DNA of 64,000 nucleotides from Podarcis vaucheri (lineage: Eukaryota), in NCBI GenBank assembly GCA_965113315.1, contig OZ220368.1; one strand, given 5' to 3'. Under the pieces are notes generated by a model. The model was given only the letters and a program-made list of their open reading frames with translations. It was not told where the DNA came from and did no database searches. Each line of letters starts with the position of its first letter. Positions within the stretch are counted from its first letter, which is position 1. Positions 27,184 through 39,000 of the stretch are shown here, in pieces. The position numbers were made by a program, and so were the translations under genes.

Positions 27184-28620
27184 TTGTTCATTAACTATGT
27201 ACCATATAAAGAAGCAATGTCCTGGAACTCCTGCCAACCAGTTTCATTGGATAAGCGCAAGTTCTGCTATTATTAGCAAGAAAAACTTCTCTTTGTCTCC
27301 TTCTTCACACAGTGTATAATTTTATAAACCTCCCATCATATACGGCATTGCCAGTGACAAAATGACTATCATGGAGGGCATGTCATAACACAAAATTTGA
27401 GTGCAGCCACTGTGAAGCTTTTCCCACAATTGTATGGGAAAAGGCTTTGGGAAAATGTTCCTTGGCTTCTTAGCGTAAGACTAAAGGTAAACATTATATT
27501 AATCCTTCTTAGCATTTTCCTCCAAAAATAATGTCAATAGCAAGCATAGCCACACTGTATCAAAAAACTAAACTCTGTCTTCACACATTTACAGCAATTG
27601 TATCAAATAGAAAACTGGTCTTCAGAGTGCACTTCCATGTGTGGTTGTGCATACACACATTGATTTTGGTCATTTTGTAAATCTCAAAAATGATGATCCA
27701 GAGTGTTACAATGGGTATGCCCGAGTGGTATTATGCTTATGAAAGTTCCCTCAGATTCAAAGGTGATCGGGGTGCAAAACTAGTTGTACAGTTCTTTGGA
27801 ACCTGGTCTGTTTATAATATGTTGTATGTTAGGCTTCTTGCTTGTAACGATAGTACAGTATTTGTCTTTTGGTTGTACTCCATTCCTCTCAATGCAGAGC
27901 ACATTTTTCTGAGATGTTCTGAGCTATCACTGCAAGTAATTGGCCCCTCTGCTTTATAGTGAACACTGGTAGCTGTGTTCCCTTCATCTCTAGTAAATAT
28001 TAATGTCAGGCTGCTTAATATTAGTTTATGACTATAGTACTCATTCAAAAACAGCCCTGTATTTTGAAATGGAGACTTAAAGACCAATGTATAGTTTTTT
28101 CTTTATTTATTCTCTGTAAGGCCACATTGAACTGTATTCCTGTAAAATGATCCATTTGTAAATAAGATTCTTTAAAACAAAACAATTCCTTGTGCTTCTG
28201 ATGTGAAAGTGGAGGGTGGTCAGTCCTGAGTTCATTGGTCAGTCTTCATGGTTTAATGGCCTTGCAGATCTCAGTTTAGCTTCTCCCCAGCACAGTAATA
28301 ATGAGGGGGGGGGGGCGACACTACATTAATGGTGAGAAGTACAGTCTAACAGCAAAGTTCATGTTAATAAAGGAGGTTATTTGAGCAGCTGGAATGAAGA
28401 CTGGAATGAAGAACGACTTCTGCCTCACCAACACAATGTATGGAGACATTCAAGGAATGTAGGGGCAGTAGTTGTGGTCTGCAATCCACTGCCTAATGCT
28501 TGCCAAAGACACTGTTCTACCAGCCACTGCCAAAAAAGAGGAAATGCAATGTCAAAAAGGGAGAGCAGATTTACAGATGCTAATTTCTATGAATAAAAGC
28601 AAATTTAGAAATAATTACTG

Positions 28621-29111
28621 CCAGTATTTTTCGTCCTATAGTGCGCACCGGCCCATAGGGCGCACCTAGTTTTTTTTTTTTGGGGGGGGGATAAAGAAAA
28701 AAATTTATTTCCTCCCCAGGCGCAAGGCTGGGGCAGGGGAAGCCCGAGCTTCCCCCGACCCCAGAACAGGCTGCTATCCGTAAGCCTGGGGAGCCCGGCG
28801 GGAACTCCCGCTGGGCTCCCAAGGTTTGCGGACATCTGCCCGAAGCCCAGGGTGCGCTGCAGAGCGCTGCCCGGGTTTTGGGCTGCAGGCTCCTGTCCGC
28901 AAGCCTTGGGAGCCCAGCGGGAGTTCCCGCCGGGCTCCCCAGGCTTACGGATAGCAGCCTGAAGCCTGGAGAGCGAGTGGGGTCGGTACACACCGACCCC
29001 TCTCACTCTCCAGGCTTCATCAAAAACCTGCATTCGCCCCATAGGACGCACACACATTTCCCCTTCATTTTTGGAGGGGGGAAAGTGCATCCTATAGGGC
29101 GAAAAATACGG
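28621..29111. mobile_element. Tc1/mariner-superfamily MITE (CCGTATTTTTCG ends) with nested GC-rich internal hairpins
   Basis: Ends ccagtatttttcgtcctatag / ctatagggcgaaaaatacgg|TA. Sister copies at 34949 and 42805. Confidence 0.88.
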
Positions 29112-29504
29112 TAATTCCTCATAGCAATCCCACCTGATCACTACACGGGACCACCCCACAGCAGGAGCCAGGCTGACTCCCAAGAACTTACGCTTGTTGA
29201 GCTGTTGAAGAAGAGACACAGCTCCCTGCCCCCCACCAGCAACCAATCCATTCAGTTGCTAATCGTTTGTTTAAGGGGAGGAAGATGGTGTTTGAAAATT
29301 TAATTGGGGGAGATAAAGGAGTTTGGAAGGGGAGAGAAGACAGTTATTCATACGACTTTTCTACTTATCATTTCTATTAAAGTGCATTGCAGCTTTTGCG
29401 GTAATGATGTGTTCAGAGCATCCAGCTTGAGGGCAAATACGACTTAACCAAACATGCTGTGGTGGTTTACTCCTTCACTTTCATCTCCGCGAAACCACCT
29501 ATCT

Positions 29505-29690
29505 CAGGGGTTGTCCACCTGGTCCCTACCGGCCACTAGTGGGCGTTTCAGGATTCTAGGTGGGCGGGAGGGGGTTCTGTGGCGCAAGCTGAATCCTCCT
29601 TCCATCAAGCCCTGGGGGGCGGCAAGGAAATTTTACCATCAAGAAAGATGCATTAGTGGGCAGTAGGTATAGAGAGGTTAACTACCCCTG
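29505..29690. mobile_element. hAT-like MITE
   Basis: TIRs CAGGGGTTGTCCACCT / AGGTTAACTACCCCTG, degenerate 8-bp TSD (acctatct/gcctttat). Confidence 0.65.
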
Positions 29691-30921
29691 GCCTTTATGC
29701 TGAATGTGTATAAAGTGAGCAACAAGTGTAGATTAACTGAGATTATCCAACAATGTTTTAAAATATTCTTAAATAAGTGGTTATAGTCAGTTTGCAAATA
29801 CAGCCTACTGTAGTTCCAGGTGGACTGGAGCAGAATGTTGTAAAGTAAAACTATAGAGAAAGTGGGGAAATTACCTTCAGTGTGTACTGTTATTTATTTG
29901 TTTGTTTGTTTATATCCCACCTTTCTCACAGTGCAGGGCTCACAGCACACAATAAACAAAAATAATTAAATAAGTAACTCTATTAAAAACATCACTGAAA
30001 ACCTTTCCTATTTATTTATTTATTCATTCATTATTAAATCTATTTGTATCTTACCTTTCCAACCAAATGTATGGACCTAAGGCTGTAATCCTAAACATGC
30101 TTACTAAGGAGTAGATCTCAATAAGATCAATTGGACTTCTGAGTAAACATGCTTAAACATACAGTAAAAACTGTAAGTTGTCAAAACAAAGATATGTGCC
30201 ATTAAAAGAACACTAGTATTTAAAACATTCTTTTTAAAACACATATAGAAAACAGCAAAAAGCCAAAGACTTGTTCCCCAAAGGCTTGAAGTTGGCCTAT
30301 ACACTGCTTATGACCGAGCAGGCCTGCTTCTTGTGGCTACTAGCTTCATCTCAGCCAGAGAAGCACGCATGAGTTTTATTTATTATTATTTATATATTTT
30401 TATACACCACCCTTCATTTGAGGATCACAGGGCAGCTTTATAATATAAAAACACAAAAATACATACCGTGGTAACAAACAAAAACAATTCCCTGTCACAC
30501 ACATAGTTCGTTTAATTAGCCAAATGCCTCATGAAAACTAAGAAAAGTTCGACACCTTTGGCCCCAAAGAAGAATAATTTCCCTTTTGGAAAGACGGGAG
30601 TCGTGTTTTCCGGGGAGGCCCTTCTCTCAGTCCCGGGACCGGCAGGGAAGGAGCCCGAGCCTCTCGCTCAGCGCGGCCCCTCGGGCTCTCCTGGGGGGGA
30701 CGAAGACGCCACCAGAGTCCGAAGGCTGCGCGCATAGGCAGCTCCCTCCTTCGCGCCTCTTTTGCGTTGACTGGGGCTCCCCCTCACGCGGCTCTTCTTC
30801 CTGACCCGCCTCGAGCCCCCCGACCAATGAGGAGCCCGAGGGGCGGTGATGGACAGGCCTGGCGCCCTCTCCCAGGCCCTGCCCGGCCTCCCTTGGCCGC
30901 CTGCCCCGCCATCGGGCTACC

Positions 30922-30931
30922 GTCACGCCAC
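30922..30931 (+). promoter_or_regulatory. Sterol regulatory element (GTCACGCCAC)
   Basis: Matches the TCACNCCAC SREBP consensus and lies between two NF-Y boxes, upstream of a cholesterol-synthesis gene. Confidence 0.75.
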
Positions 30932-31074
30932 TCGGCCGCTCGGCCCCGAGCGAGGCCTCTGATTGGGCCAGGGAGGCGGGGTCTGGAGTCGGGGGCGGGG
31001 CCTGGGCGGGGCCAAGCCGGCTTCTGGCGGCTCGTCCCGCGGCGCTCGCCTCCAGCCGCCAGTCGCCGCTCGCC

Positions 31075-31109
31075 ATGCAGAAGGTGGCCGTTGTCACCGG
31101 CGCCAGCAG
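31075..31109 (+). CDS. HSD17B7: HSD17B7 exon 1 (MQKVAVVTGASS)
   Basis: cgccATGc start context, AG|gtaagg donor, 35 nt. First half of the SDR TGxxxGxG motif. Confidence 0.96.
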
Positions 31110-31339
31110 GTAAGGAGGGAGGGGCGGCCCGGGGACCCTCCCGGCAGCGGCGCGGAGGAGCCGGGCTCGGAAGGGGAGGCTCGGCGGTGCCGAGAGGGAA
31201 GGAGCGGCCGAAGTGCGGGGAGCTCGGCGGAGCGCGGCGCTGGGACGGGGCGGGCGCGGGGTCCGGCGGGGGCGCTGGTCGAGGGGTCCGGCGGGGCGGG
31301 CGGAGGGCGCGGGGCGTCAAAGCCACACGGGGCGCAGGA

Positions 31340-31465
31340 CTGCAGAGCTGTCAGTTGGAAGGGACCGCGAGGGTCATCTAGTCCTGCCCGGCAGGAATCC
31401 TTCCCCACGCGGGACTCGAACCTGCAGCTCTGGGACGAAGAGTCTCGTGCTCTCCTAACTGAGCT
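31340..31465 (-). mobile_element. Diverged tRNA-Lys/CR1-tail SINE at the CpG-island edge
   Basis: The reverse complement reads AGCTCAGTTAGGAGAGCACGAGACTCTT...GGTTCGAGTCCCGCGTGGGG, then a CR1-like tail. Confidence 0.75.
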
Positions 31466-31988
31466 CCTCGGGGCAGAGGCTGCCTGTGGCTGCAGCCCAT
31501 TTCGAAGCCCCCTCCAAGCTCACTCTTTCCCTGGGAACTGTTAGCTCTGCAAGGGGCAAAGAGCAGCGCCCAGAATGATGTGCTTTAAATGTTGTGTGTG
31601 AACAGTTGTGAGAACAGCAGTGAAGAGGGTGGATTTCATACCTTGGCTTTCTAGGAAAGTGTCAAATCTGTCTTGCAACATGTAGGCAAATATGTTTAAT
31701 ATTACAGTACTGGTTGCTTTGTAGATTTGATAAACATTGAGAGGCACTAATAGTGTCTGGAATCAAAGTTTATCACTGGATTTTAACACTATTGTAATGT
31801 GCTTTATATCTTGCTTCTTAGAGAACTTTTTTGTTTTGTTTTGAAGTCTCTGTACATTATTGAAAACACAACAGCCAATATTTGTAAATCCATGGTGTGG
31901 CCATATTTGGAATGCCAAGTGCACTGCTGGCTATCCCATCTCAAAAGGTATTGTAGAGATAGCAAAGGTATGGGGAAACAACAACCAA

Positions 31989-32082
31989 GGGTGCAATCCT
32001 GTACATAGCCACTCAAAAGGAATAAGCTTCACTGAGTTCAGTGGGATGTACTTTCAGGTAAGTGTGCACAGGATTGCAGCCT
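31989..32082. mobile_element. Short palindromic MITE (GGGTGCAATCCTGT...ACAGGATTGCAGCC)
   Basis: Terminal inverted repeats visible directly. Confidence 0.6.
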
Positions 32083-33710
32083 AAAACTAGAGTCCCAACT
32101 TCACTTCGCTGAGAGTGTAAGCCCCATTGAATTCAGTGGGGCATCTGCTAGTGAAGGGGCTGAAGCGCCTGCATTATGAGCATATGTAAAAGTGTTCTGG
32201 GGTTTTTAGTTTAGAATAAAGGGGGGGGGTGTCAGGATTTTAGAGATGCTTAGGTGGGTGCATGGCCAACTGCAGCCTTGATTTGCACTCCTCTCCAAGC
32301 CAGGCTGCTCTGCTGCCTTCTGCTCTTCAGTTCAGCCACTGCCTCTGTTCCTTTCTTCACATTGAAGCAAGCGGTTACTTTATTATAAGTCTGGGTTTGT
32401 ATCAGCTAGACCAATATACTGTATTGCCCTGAGAAGATTTTGCATACTATTCCTATGGACATTTTCCTTCTCCTGGAAAACTAGCCCCCAAAATTGTTCA
32501 TCTCTGAAAGTTCAGTACAGCTGCTTTCGGATCACTGAACCTGTGTATCGTGAAACTGAGTTCCTGGGGTTCCTGCTCAGAGGGATGCAGAATCAATATC
32601 CAGGGCTCACATTTGGCCTCTGCAAGGCTTCCCAAGTATCCTTTGAATGCATGGCTTTTGTAGTTGTGTACCTCCATTTGAAAGCTTTCCAGGTTTCCCT
32701 TATGTACCTAGATAACTGATTCCTAGTTGATATCTTCTTGAGTGCAGTGCTAGATTTTTATTTTTGCCCCAGGTTATTCCCCCCCCCCCCCAAAAGGCTA
32801 GTTTTGCCCTTGCTTGAGTGAACCATCCTCCTCCTTCAGTCCTTGGTTCTATGTCCTATGCCTTCTTCTCAGGTTTGAAATCACAGTCTTGGGGTCAAGT
32901 CCTTGTTCTTGCTTGAGGTGTTTTCTATTGGGGCTCCTTCAGGGCAAACTTGTGTCTTCCTAGCGGATCTCCAGATAGCTTTAAATACTTATGAACTGAG
33001 TTTATATAGCCATTCTATGGTTTCTGTGGCAAATTGTCACACTTACTTTCTGTAGGCTTTTGAGACTAGTTAGGGATTCTTTCACTCTTTAGATCATGGT
33101 GTCTGTGTAGGGCAGGATTTGCTGCCTGCTTAAATTGTAATTTAACTGCTTGTGGGCATCAAATTAAGGATTAACACATATCCATAGAAAATGCAGTCAC
33201 AATTGTTGGCAATGTGTGTATGAGTGCTTGTGAATGGTGAACTCAAATGTGAGTTCAGACACGTGTCATTGTCACAGTCCTACTCTCCCTCTTTCAGGGA
33301 GGGATTTGCAACCTTCTAGACTCAAATGGACCTCTCCTCCCTGCTAGTTTTAATAAGCCAAGAAGGGCAATCGTCAGAGACTTCTCAAATGTCCTGCTCG
33401 CTAATTGTGAAGGCACGTTATTTCATGTGGGGCTGTGCAAAATACCCAGAAGGAAGAGGAGAGACCCTTGAAACTGCAAAGTCCTTGGTTTTGTTCCGAA
33501 GGGAGTGTTTTCAGTTTGGATCTCGGAAAGTAGCATCATATTGGGCCACATGGCAGGCTGGGCATGTTGCACTTAACCGATCTGGGAGGTGTTGCTCTTT
33601 TGGTCATCAAAGGAAGGGCTCCCTGAGACCGGGAGAAGCCTTCAGTTGCATGGAGTTGTGATACTGGACGCTCTATGTCTGGCCCTGATCCTGTGCTCTT
33701 ACTGTTGCAG

Positions 33711-33914
33711 TGGAATTGGATCTGCGCTGTGTGAGCGTCTCCTCCAGGAAGATGCCAGCCTCCACGTGTGTTTGGCCTGCAGGAACCTGGAGAAGGCAAA
33801 CGCCACCCGTAACCACCTGTTGTCCTGCTTCCCCAGTGCAGATGTCAGCATAGTTCAAATAGATGTTAGCAGGATGGCCTCTGTCTTACGCGCAGCGGAA
33901 GAGATCAAGGCAAG
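33711..33914 (+). CDS. HSD17B7: HSD17B7 exon 2 ([11 protein letters not shown]...[10 protein letters not shown]...EEIKAR)
   Basis: gcag|T acceptor, AG|gtatgt donor, 204 nt. Confidence 0.97.
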
Positions 33915-34566
33915 GTATGTGGGGGGAGCAGGAATGGTTTGGTTAGGCTGCCTGTGCTGTGGCTGCTCTCCAGGGAGCTGCTTCCTTAACTCATCACCTT
34001 TCCAGGACTTGCTTTTCTTACTTGAACTGGACCTGTTCTGAGATGTGATTGCGTGATGTGTGATGGCCAAGAGAAGTGGTTTGCACAACTGGCAGAATCA
34101 AGTCTTCATTAAGCTATAGATGGGATGAAATTATATGCTGAAATGTTCTACTGTACTCTATGAAAAAACTCCTTGCTGGTAGAAAGTAAGTATCTCAGGG
34201 GAAATCTTTCATCATAATCCCCTGGCATACTAGCTTTCTGTATGTAGGGAGGTTTCTGCCCCTCCTCCCCCAAATGGAAGAGCATTCCAGCCTGCAGCCC
34301 AAAACAGTTTAGGGCAAGCTTGACCTCTTGATTATGAGAATTCACCCCTAATGTGCTTCCCCAGAAAGATTTGGTGTTGGACCAGACATTAGGGGGAGAA
34401 ATTACTAACTTTTACTTAAACTACTTAGAGGTTTGGGATGATTGGTGTATGAATCCTATTAAAAAATAAATATATTTTAAATTCTGGGGTACTCCAGTTC
34501 TGCTTAATTGCTATTTAATGCTGCTTTCCCATCCATTCAATAACCACCTTTTTTGTTTTGGTGTAG

Positions 34567-34659
34567 ATTTCATCGTTTGGATTATCTCTTTTTGAATGCT
34601 GGGATCATGGTAAATCCACGTATCAGTTTATGGGCATTTATACGTGGCATCTTCTCCAG
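34567..34659 (+). CDS. HSD17B7: HSD17B7 exon 3 (FHRLDYLFLNAGIMVNP...GIFSR)
   Basis: gtag|A acceptor, AG|gtatgt donor, 93 nt. Contains the NAG motif. Confidence 0.97.
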
Positions 34660-34948
34660 GTATGTTAGATATCTAACTGTTCCATCGCTCGTCTTCATTT
34701 TCTGCCTGGCTTTGTGGATAGGAGGGGAGGACACGGAGTTACTTAGGCAGGGTTGTCCAGGGAAACAAAGCCTGGACCTCACTCTTTATCCGGCCTCCAC
34801 CCCACATGTTACAAACCTAAAGTTATGGAATGTGAACATTTCTCTTCTGAGACAGAATGCTGCAGTTTGTCAGTGAGCAAAATCTGACACAAGGGTGCCC
34901 TCTTAGCATTGCAATTCCTTTCCTGCGTATAATACAGGAAGAAAATTA

Positions 34949-35537
34949 CCGTATTTTTCGTCCCATAGGATGCTCCGTCCCATAGGACGCACCTAGTTTT
35001 TTGGGGGGAAATAAAGGAAAAAGGTTTTCCCTTTATTTCCCCCCCAAAAGCAGGTCGGGGAAACAGAACCAGGTCGAGGAACAGCGGGATGGCGGTGCTG
35101 CGCCTCCCTGCTGTCCCCCGAGCTTGTGGGGCTAGCCGATGTCTGCCCCGCGCGAGGGGCACTCTGCATCAGGGCGCCCCCCCCTGCGGGGCGGCAGGCT
35201 GCTATCCGCAGCGTGGGGAGCCCTGCGGGGAACTCCTGCAAGGCTCCCCACGCTGCGGATGTCTGCCTGGCGCGGGGGGCGCTCTGCTTCAGGGTGCCCC
35301 TCGCGCTGGGCAGCAGGCTGCTATCCGCAGCATGGGGAGCCCTGTGGGACCTCCTGTAGGGCTGCCCAGGCTGCGGATGTGTTCCTGAAGCCTGGAGAGC
35401 GAAAGGGGTCGGTGCGCACCGACCCCTCTCACTCTCCAAGCTTCAGCAAAAGCCTGCATTCGCCCCATAGGACGCACCCAGATTTCCCCTTCATTTTTGG
35501 AGGGGAAAAAGTGCGTCCTATAGGGCAAAAAATACGG
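34949..35537. mobile_element. Tc1/mariner-superfamily MITE (CCGTATTTTTCG family)
   Basis: TA|CCGTATTTTTCG...AAAAATACGG|TA with GC-rich internal repeats. Confidence 0.92.
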
Positions 35538-35929
35538 TAATGGGCTCTTATTAGAGGTTAAAAAAAGTGAAGCTTCCTCAGAGTGTGTGTATTTGTTTGT
35601 TTAGTTGCTTGTTACCCTTCACTGTTGCAGAGGTACATTGGATTATGTGACAGCACTGAGGAGTAAACAAGGAATAAAACCAAACAAAGCCCTATTCTAT
35701 CTGATTCTGCCTGTCAACCTCCACCTCAAGGCCTCCACCGCCAGTGTTCCTAACGTGAAACATATTAGAAGCCAAGTGTATCAGAAGCCATTTTGGCATA
35801 TAAGTGGTGTGTAAATTAATAATTAATAAGAAAATTGCATAGTGAGTTCACACTGGTATTTATGTTCGCTTATATATATGTGTGTGTGTGTGTGTTCAGA
35901 AGTGTTGCCTTGTCAGCCTGCTGCTGCAA

Positions 35930-36010
35930 AAACAACAGACTCTTGTGACGTGTAAAGTCTAACAATCTCTCTTTCAAGAATTTGCATCTACTTTGTCAGA
36001 TGTGTGAAGT
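35930..36010 (-). mobile_element. Old Penelope-like pLTR remnant with decayed hammerhead
   Basis: The reverse complement reads catCTGACAAagtagatgcaaattcttGAAAg...ttgttagactttacacgtcacaagagtctgttg, the same layout as the 50000 element. Confidence 0.5.
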
Positions 36011-36031
36011 TTTATGTTTTATTCTGTTCAG

Positions 36032-36036
36032 GGAGA

Positions 36037-36082
<46 letters not shown>
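36032..36082. repeat. (AG)n microsatellite
   Basis: Direct reading. Confidence 0.95.
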
Positions 36083-36084
<2 letters not shown>

Positions 36085-39000
36085 TAATGTGAAGAAGGAG
36101 GGGGAATTACACCATTAAGACATAATTGGTGTCAGTCTGCCTGAGCCCACTTAAACATGCACAGAGGAGCCTGCAGAGGGACGGGGACTCGAGTTGGGAT
36201 CTGCCTAAATGCAAAATATATGGGTTGGATCCTGTGTCCAGTCATACTTTGACTCACAGGGAGGAATTCAGCATTGTGCCCTTCCAGTGGTCCTGTTGGT
36301 GTAAGCATTTCCTGCGGGTTCTCCAGCCCCCCCCCCCGAAAGAACCTTCTCTTTTTGGCAGAGGACTAGTGAGATTCATTGTGTGTCTCCCATAGTGCAC
36401 CTGTGTAGTAGAATTCATCCCATGGAACTCAATGAAACTTTAGTTACCTGACTGACTTATGTCCCATTAACATCTATGGGTCTGCACTAAGTAGTAATGC
36501 TAATATTTGTTAGTCTTTCCCCCCCCAAAATGAAACAAATGGACTGAATCCAGCTACACACACTCATACTTACCTACCCCTGTGTGACAGGAACAGTGCT
36601 TTTATGTTGAACAGGTGGCTAGACCAGTAAGACAGCAACAAACCTCCCCTGGAACATGTGTGACGTTTGCAGTTCACTTGCCCTTGTCAGTGTAGTTGGA
36701 AACACAGGAAGACTGTCTAGCAGTCCTGTTACAATATCTGTATCTGGAATAAGTTGAGGATCCTATTTCCTCTCTCCTTTTCGCTGTCTCCCTTTTCCGT
36801 GTCCCATTTGCCGTAAACTCTTGCTGCTTGCTTTCAAGATCTTGCCTTCATCTCTCGTCTCTTGTTCTTTGACCTTTGTCCTTCCAAATTCTCACCATTC
36901 TGTTGGCCTCATCCTGTCTGCCAAACCTACGAGTGCTGCTTCTGTCTCTTCATCTCTGTTGCCTCGCACTGTTCCTTGTTCTGTCCTTTGGATGGCACTT
37001 TCATTTGACTTTATTTTGAAATAGAATTATATATTGAAATAGTGGCTGAGACTTCCCTGCTTTCAACCTTTACCTCCTCGTTCTTTTTCCACATTGTGTT
37101 TCTGCTCTTTTCTATCGTGTTCTTTTCCCAGCCTCCATCTTTTTAGTCTGTGAGCTTGCTAGAAGGGTAAGTCCAAAAAAGGACTGTGAGAATAAAAATT
37201 AAAATGTTTGCATCAAAAACACGGGCTGGACCTTGAGAAATGTTTTGATGTATGAACCTAAACATATGAGATTTGGGAATACTTTCATTTGGGCATTGGT
37301 ACTTGACGCCTTGACTGAGACCCCCCACATTTTCAAATGCATCTCTGAACCATGTAGACTAGAGAGTTTCTTGTTTGTTTCCTAATTTCTGGATTCTATC
37401 AAGTTCTTGTGAGCCACAGATTGTGCCCTCAGATGCAAGGGGAGGGAAGGTTCCAGTCTCTCTTTAATTACTGAATAGAAGAAGGCATTTCAGCAGGTGC
37501 AGCCCCTTGTTCGCCCCTTTGACACGATAAGCTGCATCTGCCAAAATTCCTCCTTATACACAACTGTCAAAGGCTCAGGAGCTCTGGGCGGCAAGTTACC
37601 CTGTGTGCTTTCTCAGTTATCCAAGCTGCAATGTCTTAATATTTACCTGTTTTCCTTTCTGTGCCTGCACTCATTCCTTTTTCTTTTTTCCCAATTTTTG
37701 AGTTCATCCTTTTTAGAAATGGGGAAGATGCACACAAATTCAAACCGTGAGAACACCATTGACGTGTATTTTCTGTAATCTGCATTTTGTCAAACCGAGT
37801 GTGGTCTCCTTGTTAGACCACTGAAAGGCATTGAGCTAGTGTTCCCAGAGAAGAATCCTGAAACGGCTTAAGATATCTAACCTGTAACTTGTATCCCTGC
37901 TCTTCGTCTAAGGAGTTCAAAGCAAGGCACATGGGTTTCCCATGCAGTCTCCCATCCAAACACTGACCAGCCCCAAACCTGTCTAGCTTCAGTGGTGGAA
38001 CATCCTCAAGTGGAACAAAATGAAGCAAAGTCCTCTTTGGCCCAGTATGTGCTACTTCCTTTGTGACACGGGAACTACATTTCTGTCTTGGTTTTATGTA
38101 GCAGTCCTTATTTGCATAAAGTTGTTTGCTATCTTCATCTTGTGTGTTCTGATGATGAGCCTCCAAGGTAGGTTATACTGCTGAGGAATCAACAACCAGG
38201 TATTGTTACTTTTCTAAGGTAGCTGTAGCTGTTGGCTATCTCTGGCAACAGGATGGATCCCTGCTACCTCACACTGCTGTGCATTCTGCCAATCAAAAAT
38301 AACATCAAATCTGCCTTCTGTTTTAGGTTTCCTGCCAACTGCAATATGCTTTCTGCTAGCTTTGTTCCTGTTGTAGAAGTGGACAGCTCCACTTTTCCTC
38401 TGACCTCTGATAATTATTTCCAGACACACACCTGGCTTTTTACCACAAGAATCCCGAAGTATCAGGCACCTCATAGGCTTTGTTCACACATAACACAAAG
38501 CCCATGGTTCAGTTAGCCCAACTGTGGGTTGTTGTTTTTTAAGTGTCTGATTCCACCCCACACGAACCATGGTTTATTTCCAGACAGCAAAGCATGATTT
38601 GAAACCATGGCTCATTCTTGGCTTTTTTGGTTTTTCATGACGCCTGAGCCAGCATCCTGGTTTTGTAACCTTTGTTTGGATGTCCTGTCACAGACAGATA
38701 CTCATGAAGTTCCAGAAGTGTGAGGCAAGACCTGTAGGAGAACAAAGCTACTCCCCAGGCTAAGCAGCTCTTGGTGTTACTTTTCCAGAAGTAGGTCTCT
38801 CGCCTCAGGTTGTGATGCCAATGGACATAAAATTGAAAGAGGTTTGACCTGCTTTGCTACTTTGCTGTCTATACAGGACTGTTGTGTTGAAAACACAACA
38901 ATTTTTTAAAGTTGGCTATCCTGATCATTACACCTACCCACAAATTATATCACTTCAGCCAGCAAATTGGTACTTAAAAAAAAACCCCCCAAAAAACGAC

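Larger units (their letters stand above)
30590..31470. promoter_or_regulatory. HSD17B7: CpG island / promoter of HSD17B7
   Basis: Very GC- and CpG-rich. CCAAT at 30824-30828, inverted CCAAT at 30962-30966, GC boxes at 30991-31012. Confidence 0.93.

Noticed and set aside
20789-28400. Precise DDR2 3' UTR end
   Set aside because: There are several AATAAA candidates (e.g. about 22697 and 28365), and I cannot choose among them without transcript data.
28580-29246. 137-213 aa ORFs, and similar ones at 34809-35540 and 42841-43141
   Set aside because: They lie in GC-rich palindromic MITEs with few stops and show no transposase motifs.
30627-31544. Long overlapping ORFs (156-204 aa) on both strands
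   Set aside because: These are by-products of the GC-rich CpG island. Only 31075-31109 has splice and homology support.
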